Position numbers and translations under genes: made by a program. A DNA stretch of 63,990 bases, counting the filler, from Octopus bimaculoides (Eukaryota): assembly GCF_001194135.2 (NCBI RefSeq). It is 12 parts of 9 records of this genome, joined end to end, with 100 filler letters (N's around TTAATTAATTAA, not from the genome) between each part and the next. Parts side by side here need not be neighbours in the genome. Positions count along the whole stretch, not along the records: positions 1 to 27,245 come from NC_068999.1; 11 more parts are not named here. One strand, 5' to 3'. The notes under the pieces are model-generated. The model was not told the DNA's origin and did not search any database. It saw only the letters and a list, made by a program, of their open reading frames with translations. The first letter of the stretch is position 1; each line of letters opens with the position of its first letter. Below, in pieces: positions 1 to 15,148 of the stretch.

Positions 1-761
1 GACCATAAGAAATATGCGTAGCACCATCGATAACTTTTGTATATCAGTTGGTTTCCGTTTGGTTTAACTTTACCAAACGTGCATAAGAAACGCTGCTGAC
101 TGAATATTTTCATTGAAGAATAGAAATGGCTTTTTGTCTGATAAGGGAGGCTGACAAATATTCTTTCATTTTATGTTATCCTTCATGTTTCAGAATTTCA
201 GATCCCAGATGTGTTTGGACAAGACTGTGTCGGTAAATAATCAAAGACTAGAGCGAATTTTCTGTAGATCTTTTGTTTCTTCCTCCTAAATACCCACCTT
301 TACTTTATGGCCGCTACATTATATGCATTTTATGAATTCAAAATACAATATGATATATTTCTTTGTACATTTTTCTATGACTAAAACCCATTTTGTAGCA
401 TGCTACGACTATACATCGGGAAATATCAATTTAAATATGAATTTTGATGCAGTGCTACTGTTGTGCTATGACAGCAAATGGTTTTTACACTATCTGTATA
501 TAGTAAGAGACTGGGGATTCATTTCGCCTCCATTTCGATAAAATGTCGGAATATCAACATCTCTCGAACCCGAATGGGTTCTGCAGCATGTTGTCTATTT
601 TGTTTATGACATTCAATTGTTTTAACTTCCGGGGCTTTGAGAGAGATATCTCACAGCATTAAATTGTAGCCTACCGTCCAGCAAGAAAGGCACATATATT
701 GAATATATGTGGTCTATAAGATAAATATATGCACACATATATGTAGGCATACATGCATAAA

Positions 762-793
<32 letters not shown>

Positions 794-3700
794 NNNNNNN
801 NNNTATCACGAAATATGACTAGGGTGTTAGAACACCTTTTTTGCTAGAAATAGGAACTAAAATGTTCTAATGCTGCTGTTAAAGCACATAACCGTATATG
901 TACATACATACATACATATACATGCGACATATATCTATATATATGTATATGGATATATACAGAAAGAGGGGGAGCAACAGGGAGAGAGAGAAAGCAAACC
1001 AGTGAGACAGAGAGGAAGGCAGGCAGACAGAAAGGGTAAAGAGATTTTTCATTAATGAAAAATATAGATATTTTACCTACGTTAGCTGCTACTAGGAGGG
1101 AAGCAAAACTTTCATAAATATATTGATTTATGAGTTAAGCCATTTATTTTAATTCATGTGTGATTATGTATTTGAATTTAGTAAGATATACCACGAGAAA
1201 AAAGAAGAAATTATTGCAGTGTACGTAAAATCACTTGGCAGTCACGTTGTAGAAATCGTGCAGAGTGGCATATTCTTGCATAATGATAGAATCAATGTGA
1301 TACAATGTGACATAGCTGCACATATGAATTAGAGATACAATACATTGAACACAGTATTACAATTTCTATGTATAAAATGTTATTCAGGAATAGTGCGACG
1401 ACCCGTGTCTGAGTTAACGACACTCGCCCAAGCAATTACGCAGAGCGTTCGAACATGAGATTCACATTTGAAAATGAAACTTCTTATGAGTGTATGTCTA
1501 CATGAAAGATGTATGTGTGTAGGTATGTTTGTGAGTGTGAGGCGTCTGTGTGCTTGTGTACTTTCTTGGATAGTTTTTATTGTCCTGTACACTGACATTG
1601 TATTCACGGCAGCTTTCGTCCTAATTTTGGGACTGCCATGTTGGCTTGGCGATAACTATTAATTTCCAGTACCGCTGCCGTAGTCTCCTTTAGAGAGACT
1701 TAGAAATATTAATAACTCTATTTCTGAAAACCAGTGGATAGATTCCACTGAAATTAGNNNNNNNNNNNNNNNNNNNNNNNNNNNNNNNNNNNNNNNNNNN
1801 NNNNNNNNNNNNNNNNNNNNNNNNNNNNNNNNNNNNNNNNNNNNNNNNNNNNNNNNNNNNNNNNNNNNNNNNNNNNNNNNNNNNNNNNNNNNNNNNNNNN
1901 NNNNNNNNNNNNNNNNNNNNNNNNNNNNNNNNNNNNNNNNNNNNNNNNNNNNNNNNNNNNNNNNNNNNNNNNNNNNNNNNNNNNNNNNNNNNNNNNNNNN
2001 NNNNNNNNNNNNNNNNNNNNNNNNNNNNNNNNNNNNNNNNNNNNNNNNNNNNNNNNNNNNNNNNNNNNNNNNNNNNNNNNNNNNNNNNNNNNNNNNNNNN
2101 NNNNNNNNNNNNNNNNNNNNNNNNNNNNNNNNNNNNNNNNNNNNNNNGCTGTAGGTAGTGTGCACGCGCACGGGTCGTCGGGTGCGCATGTGTGAACGTA
2201 TTTGTGTGTAGGTATTCGTGTATGTATGCGTGTCTTTGTGTGTGAGGATGAATGACTTTCAAAAAATCTTAGTGATTGGTATTTCAGCATGGTTTCCATC
2301 CAATCATTCAAATCCGAAACAGAATAAATGTGTAAAAAGAAAAGAAAAATGGATTAATTAAGAGATTACTATCTTTTTTCTTTTTTTTTTCTTTTCTTAT
2401 ATTCAGTTGTGAATCTGAACAAACTACATTAATTAATGAAAAGTGAGGTTTTCAACCAAAAAATAGAAATCTCAAACATATAATGTTAATATAATTCTCG
2501 AGAACATTCGCCATTAAAATTAATAAATAAAATAAATTTGTCCATGGTACAAACAAAAAAAAAATTAACATTCAAGGAAATGTATTCCACCTGCTAAGTT
2601 AAGTACATACATTTTTTGTAAAAATCATTCATATAATATTCTATGTGGCATATATTCTATTTATTACTCATCGTTTCTACAGCAATAATCATTTATAAAT
2701 TATCGTAGAATGAAATAAATATATCACGTGTACATATGTATGTGTATACATTAGTGCATTACTGTGCATACATACTCTACATCTACTGCTGAGAAAATAT
2801 ATAGCTCTGTAGTATCTGTGGTCCTCTGAAGAACGTCTAATAGCGCTACAAACTGCACATCCACGTGTGTCCCCATATTTGCAAAATATTGCCTCAAATG
2901 TTTATTCTCCTTGTGCTGATCTACAGTTTTATCAGTCCTCATTTTGATCTTAATGTAGATTCTGTTCTTTTTTTATTTTTCAACGCGTGAAACTTAATTT
3001 TGATGAGGAGGTATTTGTTGCTTCTGTCAGTATATCTCCTCTCAAGGTAGCTATTGCTTTGATTAACTCAACTATCTTATTCCTAAATTTAAATATTTCA
3101 ACGGCTACTTTAATTTAACCTTTTTACACGATAAATATAATCAAACAAGGTTTCCATTGACGGTAGGCTCTCGTATTCATGTTTCATGTGGCCTCCCGTA
3201 TTCATCGCTTCTTTCTAGCTGCCGATCGGACTTGGACCGGAATAAGCAAATCATGCACAGTGCGTCTTTTATTCTTACATACAATATACCAATGTCTATA
3301 ATGGCCAAAATGTCTCTTGTTTTCAGATGTTTGTGTATAACTTTAAAGAGTTCTCTTTGTGATCAATATATCTCTCTGTGATCGAGCGGTCACCTTGTTA
3401 ATTCAACTAAATATTGACGTTTCTTTCACGGGTTGGCTCCGGTTTAATTCTCTAACAACTAATCGTTCAAAGATATCAACACACTCATGACATAAAGGAT
3501 CCGTTCTACAATATACTATTATTTGTGATACCAGCCAGTGATTGCGTGAGTTATGATTCTCCTCACATGTTGATGCTTTATTGTCTTATTTGTTAGCACT
3601 TGTTAAAGCAAACGTATTAACAATATCCTACTATAAAGATATAGTTGTAAACCACAATGCTATTTATGAAACTAGGGATAATTATACAAGTGCCGTCAAT

Positions 3701-5304
3701 GACTCTTTTCTTGGCTGCTTGATTATGCCAGGGCGAAAGGAAGGAATACTGATATTGATTTCAATACACGTGGAGAATGAGACTTTTACAAACAACTCCT
3801 GCTATGATCCTGTTCCGAATATTCTCAAGAACATACTTTCACTGTTGTATTCTGCTGTTTTATTTTCAGTAAGAGTAAAGAAGCACTTTTCGTTGAGGAA
3901 ATCCCACGGTTACTTTTTAGACAGATTCTATTGATAATAGGATTACAGTATAGCTCGAGACACTGTGTTGTATTCGTGCATATTTAAATACCTGTATATC
4001 TGTACACATGTTTAAATAGCAATATTATTTCCGAGTTCATTACTATGTGAAGCAATTTACAAGAGACACTTCTAAAATTCGTGAAAACCGATTATACTGT
4101 AAACTACTCCTGGAATATTTTTATCAATTTCTCCTTTGTCAAGAATGTTCAGGTAGAGGCACGTATATTGACTCTAACATCAGCAGGATATTGCATTATT
4201 GGTTTCGATTAGCATGCTTGAGTGAACGAAACATCACGTTACTCAAAAATTGATCCAGCATCTATGTGACTGCACCAAATGCTATAAATAATAAATACGT
4301 CTTTAAATTGAACCCTAACACCTTAAAAAGAAAGAGAAATTTACGCAGTGTAGAGCTAACCAGAGATAAGAGTGAAATCTTCATGAATGAAAAGGTATTA
4401 TCGAAGACTTATGTTAATTCCAGTTTGAGTTCCAGTTGACTTTCGGTTAACACTAATAGCGACGAAATGTGAGAGGTCAATTTAATCGTTCATAATAAAA
4501 GGCGCTGTTTGATCCCGACTGGAAAGCCATTGGTCTTAAGTCCTCTGGATCAAATCTGAATATGGACCGAATACCACCAACATCATTACCACATCCACTA
4601 CAACAACAACAAACACAAGCAACCAGAAAGTAAAACAACAAGTACAAGTTAGAAACGAAATGTACGGATATTTATATATACAGAATTAATATATTTCAGT
4701 TTTCAAAAACGTTCACTTTAAAATCTTGTCTTTTAAGGATGTAAACATAAGAGTGGAATGTGTGCGTATGCATGTGTGTGTGTATGTGTTTGAAAGAGTG
4801 TAAGGCTACCTGAAGTTGCATGTGTAAGATTTTCTACTTTGATAAAAGTAGATTTGTGTAGCTCTTTTATTGGGAATGTATTATTCTTTTGTTCTTTATG
4901 ATCTCGAAATATTACATCTAAGAATAAATATGCTCAATGCTTTTAATTATTGCACATGTTAATATTTCTAAAAGAAAATGTTCCAACCCGCCAATCTCAC
5001 TCACGTTTTTCTCCATAATACATTCATCTATACATTAGGTCAATTATAAATGTACAGGAATGTTTAATTAAAGTAAGCTAAAATATGTATAAATGAAAGT
5101 AAATAATTCAGAGAGCATGTATTTGCTCGGCAACAAAATATATTCCTAGTAAGATAGCCGTCGCCACGTGAATTAAAATCAGAAATATAGTTTTGAGATA
5201 AATACATAGATAAGTACGCGGGAAGATAATTGAATTTATTNNNNNNNNNNNNNNNNNNNNNNNNNNNNNNNNNNNNNNNNNNNNNNNNNNNNNNNNNNNN
5301 NNNN

Positions 5305-5410
<106 letters not shown>

Positions 5411-7448
5411 GCGTGTGTATGTATGTATCTGCAGGCGCGTGGGCGTGTATGTGTGCTTCTGCTTGTGTGTGTGTACATACATATGTATGTATCTGCATAT
5501 ACCCACGCGCACACACACACACATATATATATATATATACTCTTACATATGTGCGCGTGTGCGTGTGTAATTAGACTACTTACCAATTCTTTCTGCATTG
5601 TGCATACGATATTACTATTGTATAATTGTATAAAATATTAAGTGCAGCTGATGTAGACATGCAAATGGAAAGAAAATTTGAACATGGAACAGGAGAAAAG
5701 AGACCGAAAATGTGTGCTCAGTTCTTTAAGCGTTCATCAGGTGAGTGTTAGTATGATCGTCGTCGGTAGGTGGAGCCTCCGCTATATTTGTAGCACTTAT
5801 GTGGGTGAGGCACATTGCGAACATGTGCAAAACAATATCTAACTGAAAATTAGGCAGGAGATTTCAATTGCAATCATAATTCCGATTGTTACCACAGACA
5901 AAGTGAAAATATGATACGGAAAGCGGCTCTAAACGTCATGCTTCAGTTTAGAAAACTAGAAAATATAAGTTCTGCTGCATATTATCCATTTTATATTTCA
6001 ATTCACTGTTGGAAGGCGCTGTTACAGGATGAACCTGTCACGGTGAACCGATCAATTGCTTTGCTTTCGTTTATATACAGAAGCGTAGACACAGCAAATC
6101 CATTAACATCACTATTACAATACTGGTCATATAATCAGTTCATTATAGAGATAATGTGTTTAGAATTATGACAGTAAATTTTCACCCTTCAGTTCCACAT
6201 TTTTTTAAGAAGGAAAGCAATCTGAGTGATTGATATTTGGTTCCTGACTTGAACGCCAAAACATAACATGAGATTTGCGAATACAACACGAATCTACGAA
6301 GATATGCAGTTAAGAAGATATAACAATTACAAATGTTTTGTAAAACAAACTTCAAGCTCAGAATACACATGGCTTGTACGTCAGGTATTTAGTTATTATG
6401 CATTCACGCCACTGACAACTGCTTGATCGGTTTTCGTGCGGGAAGTATGATGGCAACATAGTTTTCGAAAATTCGCAAACCGCTCGCGAATGTTTTCAGA
6501 ATAACATGGTATATTTCCGTATCAATAGAACTGGATGTATTTACATTTGCTTCGTTTTCATTTCGAATGAGTTATGAACTTCAAGCTAAATTCATTAAGT
6601 TTATCGTTGATTGTTCATTATTGAATTCATGCTATGTGTGCTAAAACAATTTATAAATTGTTTAATCGGTTTGGGTATAAAACAACACTAGACATCTCAA
6701 TTGCACCTGATGTGTGCTTGATTAGAATAACTATTACTGCTTCTTATATCGTCCGTGAAAAAATGTGAAAACTAAACCAGTGTTGAAAAAAATAGCTATG
6801 AAAGAAATGACAATAAAAGCAAGTTATACATGTGAGAAAAATCAAGTGTATTTCCATTTGTGTATCTTGAAAAATGTAAGAGGTGTTGCTCCTTGGACAA
6901 ATTATATCATATTTATCTTAGATGTTCTACTGTCCCTTGTTAGTGCTAATATTTTATATGTATATATTTACAAAATAAAAATAAGTATTTATAAAAACAA
7001 AAAAAAAACATCAAGCACATGGGTACATCGTTTGTAGAATAATTATCATCAAAATTTCGGCATAAGCTATATTCGTTTGTCTATTACGTATGCACAACGG
7101 AGAAAAACACATGCACACATTCGCTCATGTATGCATATTCTATGTGAGTGCATTGTACATAAATTTAGATATAAGTGCTTGTGTGTATATGTGTGTACAA
7201 TCAATTATAGAGAGAATGAATCATATGCACGCCGGCATTTGTTTTTATTTACATGGTCACACAAAGTTATATATGGTATATCTTTATAGTTTATATATAT
7301 ATATATAAACTAACCAGGACCTGAGAGTGCTCGTTTGTTTTTTTTCCGTCTGTAGTCTTTAGTGGCAAATATATGGATGTGTTTAAAAAGCGGGTCAGGT
7401 TATTTTTTTAATGTACGTTAGAGAAATGTGGATGAAATGTGACACTAA

Positions 7449-7761
7449 ATGTCTGTAGATCTGTCCATCAAGAAATTAATTTGCGGACAGTTCGATACAA
7501 AACTATTGGGAAAACAAGTGGAATACAGTAGCCAACAAACCAGCAGAAATAGACCTGCGATCAATTTGGAAGCGCAATACCTATATATTCTGGGGGAAAT
7601 ATATGGAACTCTCGAAGTGAGGTTCAGCTCAGAGAAAGAAGTCAAAAAGCACTGAAGCAGATCAGCAAGAAAATGAGCAACTGGAAGGCCCTGGGACCAG
7701 ATGGATTTCAAGGCTACTGGATCAAATGATTTGGTGAATGTCATGCACGAATAGCTGCGCA

Positions 7762-7765
<4 letters not shown>
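7449..7765 (+). mobile_element. Chimeric retroelement remnant: ORF1-like segment fused to an R4/Dong-like RT N-terminal fragment
   Basis: YILGEIYGTLEVRFSSEKEVKKH (to 7652) aligns with YINRGRKFGTVEVRFATIEEATKH of the 41 kb ORF1. The next frame reads KQISKKMSNWKALGPDGFQGYWIK*FGECHARIAAQL (7654-7765), the NWKAPGPDG..GYW.K motif of RLE-type RTs. Confidence 0.7.
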
Positions 7766-7830
<65 letters not shown>

Positions 7831-7838
7831 CATTATTA

Positions 7839-7891
<53 letters not shown>

Positions 7892-8013
7892 GTTATTATT
7901 ATTATTATTATTATCATGTTAACGACATAGGCAGCAACAGCTGTAACAGCAATAGGAGCAAGAATAATGGCACTGGTAAGAGAAGCAAATGCAGCAACAG
8001 CTGCAGCGGCGGC

Positions 8014-8050
<37 letters not shown>

Positions 8051-8055
8051 GCAGC

Positions 8056-8111
<56 letters not shown>

Positions 8112-8115
8112 TAGT
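7766..8115. repeat. Compound microsatellite (ATT)n ... (GCA/GCG)n (GTA)n
   Basis: Direct reading; source of the poly-Y/A/S/V ORFs. Confidence 0.95.
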
Positions 8116-8359
8116 CTTGATATTTTTTTCTCTTTCGTTTGATCTCTGATGAAACGTAGGTGAAATAGTTGACAAAACGTAATATTATCTTCAACAACTG
8201 CAACGAAGCATTGGTGTGAATTTTTATTTTATTTACACCAATGTCTATCTGAATAAAGCTAATTAGTTTACAAGGGAGTCAATTACATTGTAATATATAT
8301 AACAACCTCTAGTTTTGGGATGTAAGAACTTAGCGATGTATGGATTTCCATGAACATAA

Positions 8360-8489
8360 ATATCATAACCGCAAAGAATATAAGGTTATGGTCGGCACAC
8401 TTCAGGCAGACTCACGTAAATATTTATATAAATATTTTATACTCATACATGTGTGTGTATTTATATATAAACATGTATGTGTGTGTATT

Positions 8490-8538
<49 letters not shown>

Positions 8539-8709
8539 ATACACGTACATATACAAGGACACACACACATGCAAACGCACAAACATATGCATGTATATAT
8601 ATGTATGGATATATGCATGTAGGTGAGTATGAAGTATTTATATATCTATTTATAAGTGTCTGCCTCATGTGAGCTGGCCATAACCTTATATTATCTGTAG
8701 CTATTATAC
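8360..8709. repeat. Imperfect inverted repeat (~92-bp arms, 8360-8451 and 8616-8709) around a TA/CA microsatellite
   Basis: aatataaggttatggtcggcacacttcaggcagactcac matches the reverse complement of the right arm (aatataaggttatggccagctcacatgaggcagacactt). Also visible as similar peptides in opposite-strand ORFs 8350+ and 8489-. Confidence 0.75.
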
Positions 8710-8717
8710 GCGCGCGC

Positions 8718-8769
<52 letters not shown>

Positions 8770-10023
8770 GCTTATAAGTGTAGATATATACTTCTATATG
8801 CATATAGATATATAAAAATAATTATACATATTTGAGTATAGCATTATAAAACTGGCCGGAAGCAATTTAAAAACAAAAACGAAAAATTCACCGTCACCAA
8901 AGTGTGCAATGCTCGCCAGCATTGCTAGAAATAGGAGTCAGTACAACTAGAACGTGTCAGCTAGTGTGCATATTCACACAAACGCGCAAACGTACGCTTA
9001 CATAGCGTTAAACTCACGTGTGACTCTTTGAAACTAAGCTGCTAGCCTGCATGTCGCATCTAATATTTGAAGAAGCCGATAGTGATAGAAAATGCATAGG
9101 GTGACTGAAATAGGTTAAAAGTAAATCTGTAGAGATATATCTGTAATATTTTTCTAAAACATATTTAATCAAAATAGGTCTTACATCAGATGTGTGTACA
9201 TCAATTTGACCAGGACCAGTGAAACAAGCAGCTAATCCGTTTATGTATATATATATATATACATATACAAATTTGCATAAATGCATGCTTTCCTACACAT
9301 GCCCTTATAAATATTAATCTACTTATTTACATAGACTTACGTGTTATGTGTGAGAGTATGTTAACCACTTTAGGTGTTTGTTTTTGACTGTACGTACATG
9401 GTCGTGTGTATGTATAAATAGTTCAATGACATATCTTTCTATGTCGTAGCAAAGACTTACGCAGGGGACTATGTATCAGTGATTGTAGTGAAATGTGTAT
9501 TTAGATATGTCATGTATAATGTGAAACTTCATTTGACGTGCATTCTAATCACGCTTCAAATTTGTTTATAACCAGCAAAGTTATTGCCGTTGTACCAAAT
9601 TGGGATTAATAATTTTCATTCTAACTGCCTTCTGGCTTAAATAAATCGTCCGACATACATTGGAACATGGGACAAGAACAGTAATGCCATCAGTATAAAT
9701 ATCTAAATAAGATAATCTTTACTGTAATACTCCTAGTTTTACTTTAAGACATTAAGTTGAATTCAGTGATATGCTGCGGAGATAATGATTTTACGAAACA
9801 TTTCAAAAATGGTCATCAAAATTTTCACAACTATGGATTCCGTATTGGTCGCTTAAAGTTTTGTTTATCACACTCTTAAATAAATAACTTGCTTCACACA
9901 GGGCAAAAGAATTGTTACATCTACTATTGAAAAGTTTTTTCGTGATACTCGTGAATGCATGATTAAGAAAACAATACGTAAATTGCAAGCGAAAACTGAA
10001 TAAAAATTTATGCTCCTTTATTA

Positions 10024-10086
10024 CAAGAATATTCCTTTATTCCAAGAATATTCCTTTATTCTAAGAATATTGCTTTATTCCAAGAA
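10024..10086. repeat. Minisatellite, 19-bp unit x3.3
   Basis: caagaatattcctttattc / caagaatattcctttattc / taagaatattgctttattc / caagaa. Confidence 0.9.
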
Positions 10087-12246
10087 ACGTACAAGAGAAG
10101 CACGATGCATTTACCGTGAGACATTATTATTTATGCCGTATTATTATTGTCACTAAGAATATTTAGTAAACTTATTTTAAATGGAGTTCAGCACTTAATC
10201 CAAAATAACTTACGGGTGACACTTTGACAAAACATTACATCAGTTACAAACTTATTCTAAACAGCCAGAAAGAACAAGTTCTACGCATTGAAACAACTTG
10301 ACATAATAAATTCTTACCTTTTCATAACTAGACATTTACTGATAAATAACGTTGAAAATGGTTAAACATGATCCTCACATTACAAATAAATACATTAAAC
10401 AACAGAAAGCGTTTTCTATTCATTTCATATCTTTAAGTAACATAATGTTCATATGCTGAATGTTCACAGGGAATCAAAGGATTTCGGTAAGGTTTCAAAT
10501 TAAATCTGCTTATACGTTCATATATGGTATAATTTCTTTCATTAAATATGCCCTATACAAAGATGATAGCTTACAAATTTAAATTCATCCTCTACAAACA
10601 AAATACATTTAGTTCGGGAAAGAGATAATTAAATTATCTAATGAATTAAAACTGACAATTACTACCTGTAGCAAGCTGAAAAAAAATTTGTTGATTTCTG
10701 AGGCGGAAAATCTAAGTTAGATAACTACTAATTTAAACCTTACCTGCAACTAAGTAATTCAATACAATTCTTGCCAATTATATAAACAAGCTACTTAGAT
10801 AATTAAGCAAAAGTACGTCTGCACTCACATGCGTTGAAAGTGCATATCGTATTCTTTCAACACACTACAATGCTCTGCTATAAGTATTTATCAATTTTAA
10901 GAAAATAGAAATACATATTTTGAATTCTTCGCGCAAGATATACGGACGAAACTCCGAATCTAGTATTAGAAATAGATCTGTTCATTCAATTAATATGAAT
11001 GTGAATATTACAAAAAAATGTATAAAAAGGAAAATACGTTTCCATTTAATTCCCTAGATACTGTTAAAGAAAACATATTCCCGTCAAAACAAGGATTACA
11101 TTGCTAAATATAGTTTCGAATCTCTTAACAATAAGATACTAATGAATAACATACAATTTTCTCACACTGGTATTCGTAAAAGCTTAAGTTGCAATTGTTA
11201 CTGATTGTCACAAATAATTCCGTTTTTGTCAGCAGTAAATACAGTGGAATATCCGTTGTGTATAATGATATAGTATTGTGAACTACTAGCATTCAGGCCA
11301 TTGAGAAATATATAACAATCCACGAAAAGATCATACCTCATGCCTAACAGTAATGCTTAACAAGTCAGGTGTGTCTGATAGTCAACTGACACCACTTGGA
11401 GAAAATGTGGTGTTTCTCAGATAAAATCCAACAGCAAAACTTTCTGTTCGATTTGAGAATGCAGGTACGAGTGAAAAGTAAAGGCATACATCATTGTTGA
11501 CATTACCATTGCTGCAGGTCTCCATAGAAAACATAAAGAGAAATAACTGCTGCATTTTATAGAGATAGGTTTACAGGACAATTGACTACGTATGCGAAGG
11601 TTTGCTAAGCTGATAATGAAGGGATACTATCTAAGTATTTGACGGTTGTTTTTATTGACAAGGAAATGGTCAAGAACAAAATTGGTATCAACATGTTTTG
11701 GGTTCATTTTATAGAGAATGTGGACAGATACTGTGAGTTGTTCTCTCCTCTCATCTTTTGCACTTATCTTTCATTTCGTGCACTCACTTCACACGGATTG
11801 CTTCCCAGCTACATTGTAGATCCTGTGGTGGAATTAAATTTATAAATCATTCTATTTATTCACGCGTATAGATAACAGATACGTAGAGAGCATCCAAGTA
11901 CTGGAGAAAAAGGTGCTTTTGAAGTATTAAGTACTATATCTCGTCCATTCAGTAAAGCAGCGGGAATGGTTCCCTCATAGATATCTGTTAATATACTGGA
12001 ATGCTTGTTACGATAAGTGAAAAGGAAACAATTGTTTGCACTTTCAACCTCAATTTTCTCAACGTAAAAAGCTTACGCATCATTATGTATATATGTATAT
12101 ATATCTATATATATCCATATATACTTATATGTGTGTGTGTGTATGTATATATGTATGCATACATATATATATGCACATGCTTGTATATATATGTAAAATA
12201 TATATGCAAGTATATATATCTATGTGTGTGTGTGTGTGTGTGTGTC

Positions 12247-12298
<52 letters not shown>

Positions 12299-13002
12299 GT
12301 AGACTATGAATGCAGACTATCTGCGGGAACTAGGAATAAAGTAGACGCTTGATAATCATGTAACATGGAGGATAGAATTTTCATTGAGAAAAGTTTGAAG
12401 ATCTCTACGTTCCATACCAGTTCAAGGATATATATTTAGCATTTAACAACGAACGCTAAGCTCGCCTAAATTTAATGCGTTCTACTGAATATATATATAT
12501 ATATATATATATAAATGAACTAGTTCGATAGAGGTCTACGTGGGTGCATACTTGTTAGGAATAGGTTGAAAATCTTCCAAAACTCACACCTTGATTAATA
12601 TGAAAAAATTATGTTCTTAATATATAAAATGTTGAAGTGGTCGTAGTTGGATTTTATTATAGGTTTGAGCACTGATGTTCCACCTAGAATTAAACATCTG
12701 CAATAGCAAAAGAATAATAAAGATACGTCCATTGAATCACATGACATTCATATATGCAGCTAAGCATTGCAAAGCAATTTATCTGCACGAAAAATTCTGA
12801 GGTACAAGTTATAATTAATTTGCATATGTTTCTAAAACGTAAACACGAAATATTCTACAATCATTTTTATTTAATCTGAATCATTTTATTTCTTTATTGA
12901 TGAACTAATATATCTCGTATTTAGAAAGAGGAAGCCTTTAAGTCGGTTGCTCAATGATATAGGAAAGAAACAAAGGTAATACTGCAGAATCTTCCTCAAA
13001 GG

Positions 13003-13041
13003 AATAATAATAATAATAAAAAAAATAATAATAATAATAAT

Positions 13042-13108
<67 letters not shown>

Positions 13109-13114
13109 TTGATA

Positions 13115-13145
<31 letters not shown>

Positions 13146-13232
13146 GAGGAGTAATAATGATAAAAATAATACAAATAAAAAAATGATAATAATTATAACG
13201 ATTATAATCGGAATAACATGAATGACGATGAC

Positions 13233-13331
<99 letters not shown>
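13003..13331. repeat. Long interrupted (AAT)n microsatellite
   Basis: Direct reading. Confidence 0.95.
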
Positions 13332-13822
13332 ATCCAATTATGTGCGATATTGCAGGGAAGAAGTTATAATATAAAACGACATGCAGCACCGTTGTAAATT
13401 ACTGTATGTGACAGTTTATTTAATAGTTATAACTTGGAAGTGTGCGTAAAACTTATTTACTTTTGCGAAAATATATTGAAGTCTTAACCAGAAATAGCCT
13501 CCGAATAATTGCAAGAATGTTTTCACATCTATATCTTCGCTTGTCGGAAACAGTCGTGATCATAACCTAACCCCGAAATTCCGTTTTTGCTCACAGCATA
13601 AATTTCTCTGAATCTTAATATACATATAGTTTAGAAGATATTTTTCAAAAGTAACATTTGAAAAACAACACTGGAAACGAAGAAGGAAATGCGTCTGTGA
13701 GTAGTAAACTGTTTGTATGGAGATATATCTTGACAAGTGAATGAGGCTTCTGTAGGTGTCTGTTTATAGAGCTTGAGGGCGCAAGGAGAATGCGATAGAC
13801 GCAACCACTACTGAATCACTCT

Positions 13823-13906
<84 letters not shown>

Positions 13907-14184
13907 CTGTGTGTGCGTGTGTGTGTGTATTTATGCATATATATATACATATACATATATTTATTTATATTAAGGTCATTACTATACATAAGGTCATACT
14001 ATACATAACATCCCTTATCATTAACTCGCACTAGAGCACTGGTTGTGTCTCAGTGAGTGATTGTAATAAACATGTCGATTAAAAGTAAATAACAACAACA
14101 ACAAAATCACGTGATAAAAATAAGACTTGTGAATAATAATAATAATAATAATAATATTAATAATGATAATAATAATAATAATAA

Positions 14185-14335
14185 TACCCTTTCTGCTAAA
14201 AGCACAAGGCTTACAATTTTGGGAATGCTGGATTGTCGATAACATCGATCCTAGTGATTAACTTGCGTTAATTTCATCGATATAAGTCAAAGTCAACCTC
14301 GGCAGATATTGAACTCAGAATTTGAAAATTCCGCC
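14185..14335 (-). mobile_element. Decayed family-A SINE 3' half next to (AAT)n
   Basis: gcacaaggc...gtcgataacatcgatcctagtg...aaagtcaacctcggcagatattgaactcagaa. Confidence 0.6.
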
Positions 14336-15087
14336 GAGACAGACTTTGCTACAATGACCGTCAGAGAAATAGTTTAAGTACTTCCTCTTTTTGACTTCTG
14401 AACCAATGTGAAATAATTTGAAATTTAGAAACTTGCAAATATTCTCGTAACGTGACTGAAAATGTTGGAATGATTTTCATTTCCAACTGGGAATAACAGC
14501 ACTTAATTCAAGAGACGTAATGTCGTGGTTAAGTTTATGAAGTCTTGCAGCTATACTCAAACGTCAAAGTGAGCGGTAAATTTGCAACTGAACGCGCCAA
14601 CTTCGTAACACGTGGAACTTATTCTCACGAGTTTTAGATAATGGGATCTTCTAATTTATTTCCGGAATTAAACGTTACGTGTTTAAATGAATATTACCAA
14701 AAAAATGATATTTCAATTCCGAATCGAAATGTGTCTTGAAGCTGCTCAAAACTATTAGGGTAACAAAAAAAGATATAAGATAAAACAAAATAAAGAAAAT
14801 AAAACAACAAATGAGGGAAATCACTTTTGTCGCTGGTGCCGTTACGAATAACACTTAAGAGCAGTGAAATAACACGAAAGGTATGTGTGTATGCAGACAC
14901 TCGCACAAACAGACATGCATATATACATGCACACTTGCATTTATATGCATATATGTGTGTACATATGTAAGTATATTCAAATGCATGTATAAACATAAAT
15001 GTATATATATATGTATTTATATATATATATATACATATATTAATGCATATGTGTGCGTGTGTGTATGTGTGCCCGTGGATATATATG

Positions 15088-15148
<61 letters not shown>

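Noticed and set aside
3581-3934. 117-aa ORF (also 26766-27293 and 29154-29501)
   Set aside because: No recognisable domain, non-ATG start or microsatellite ends, and composition like the surrounding non-coding DNA.
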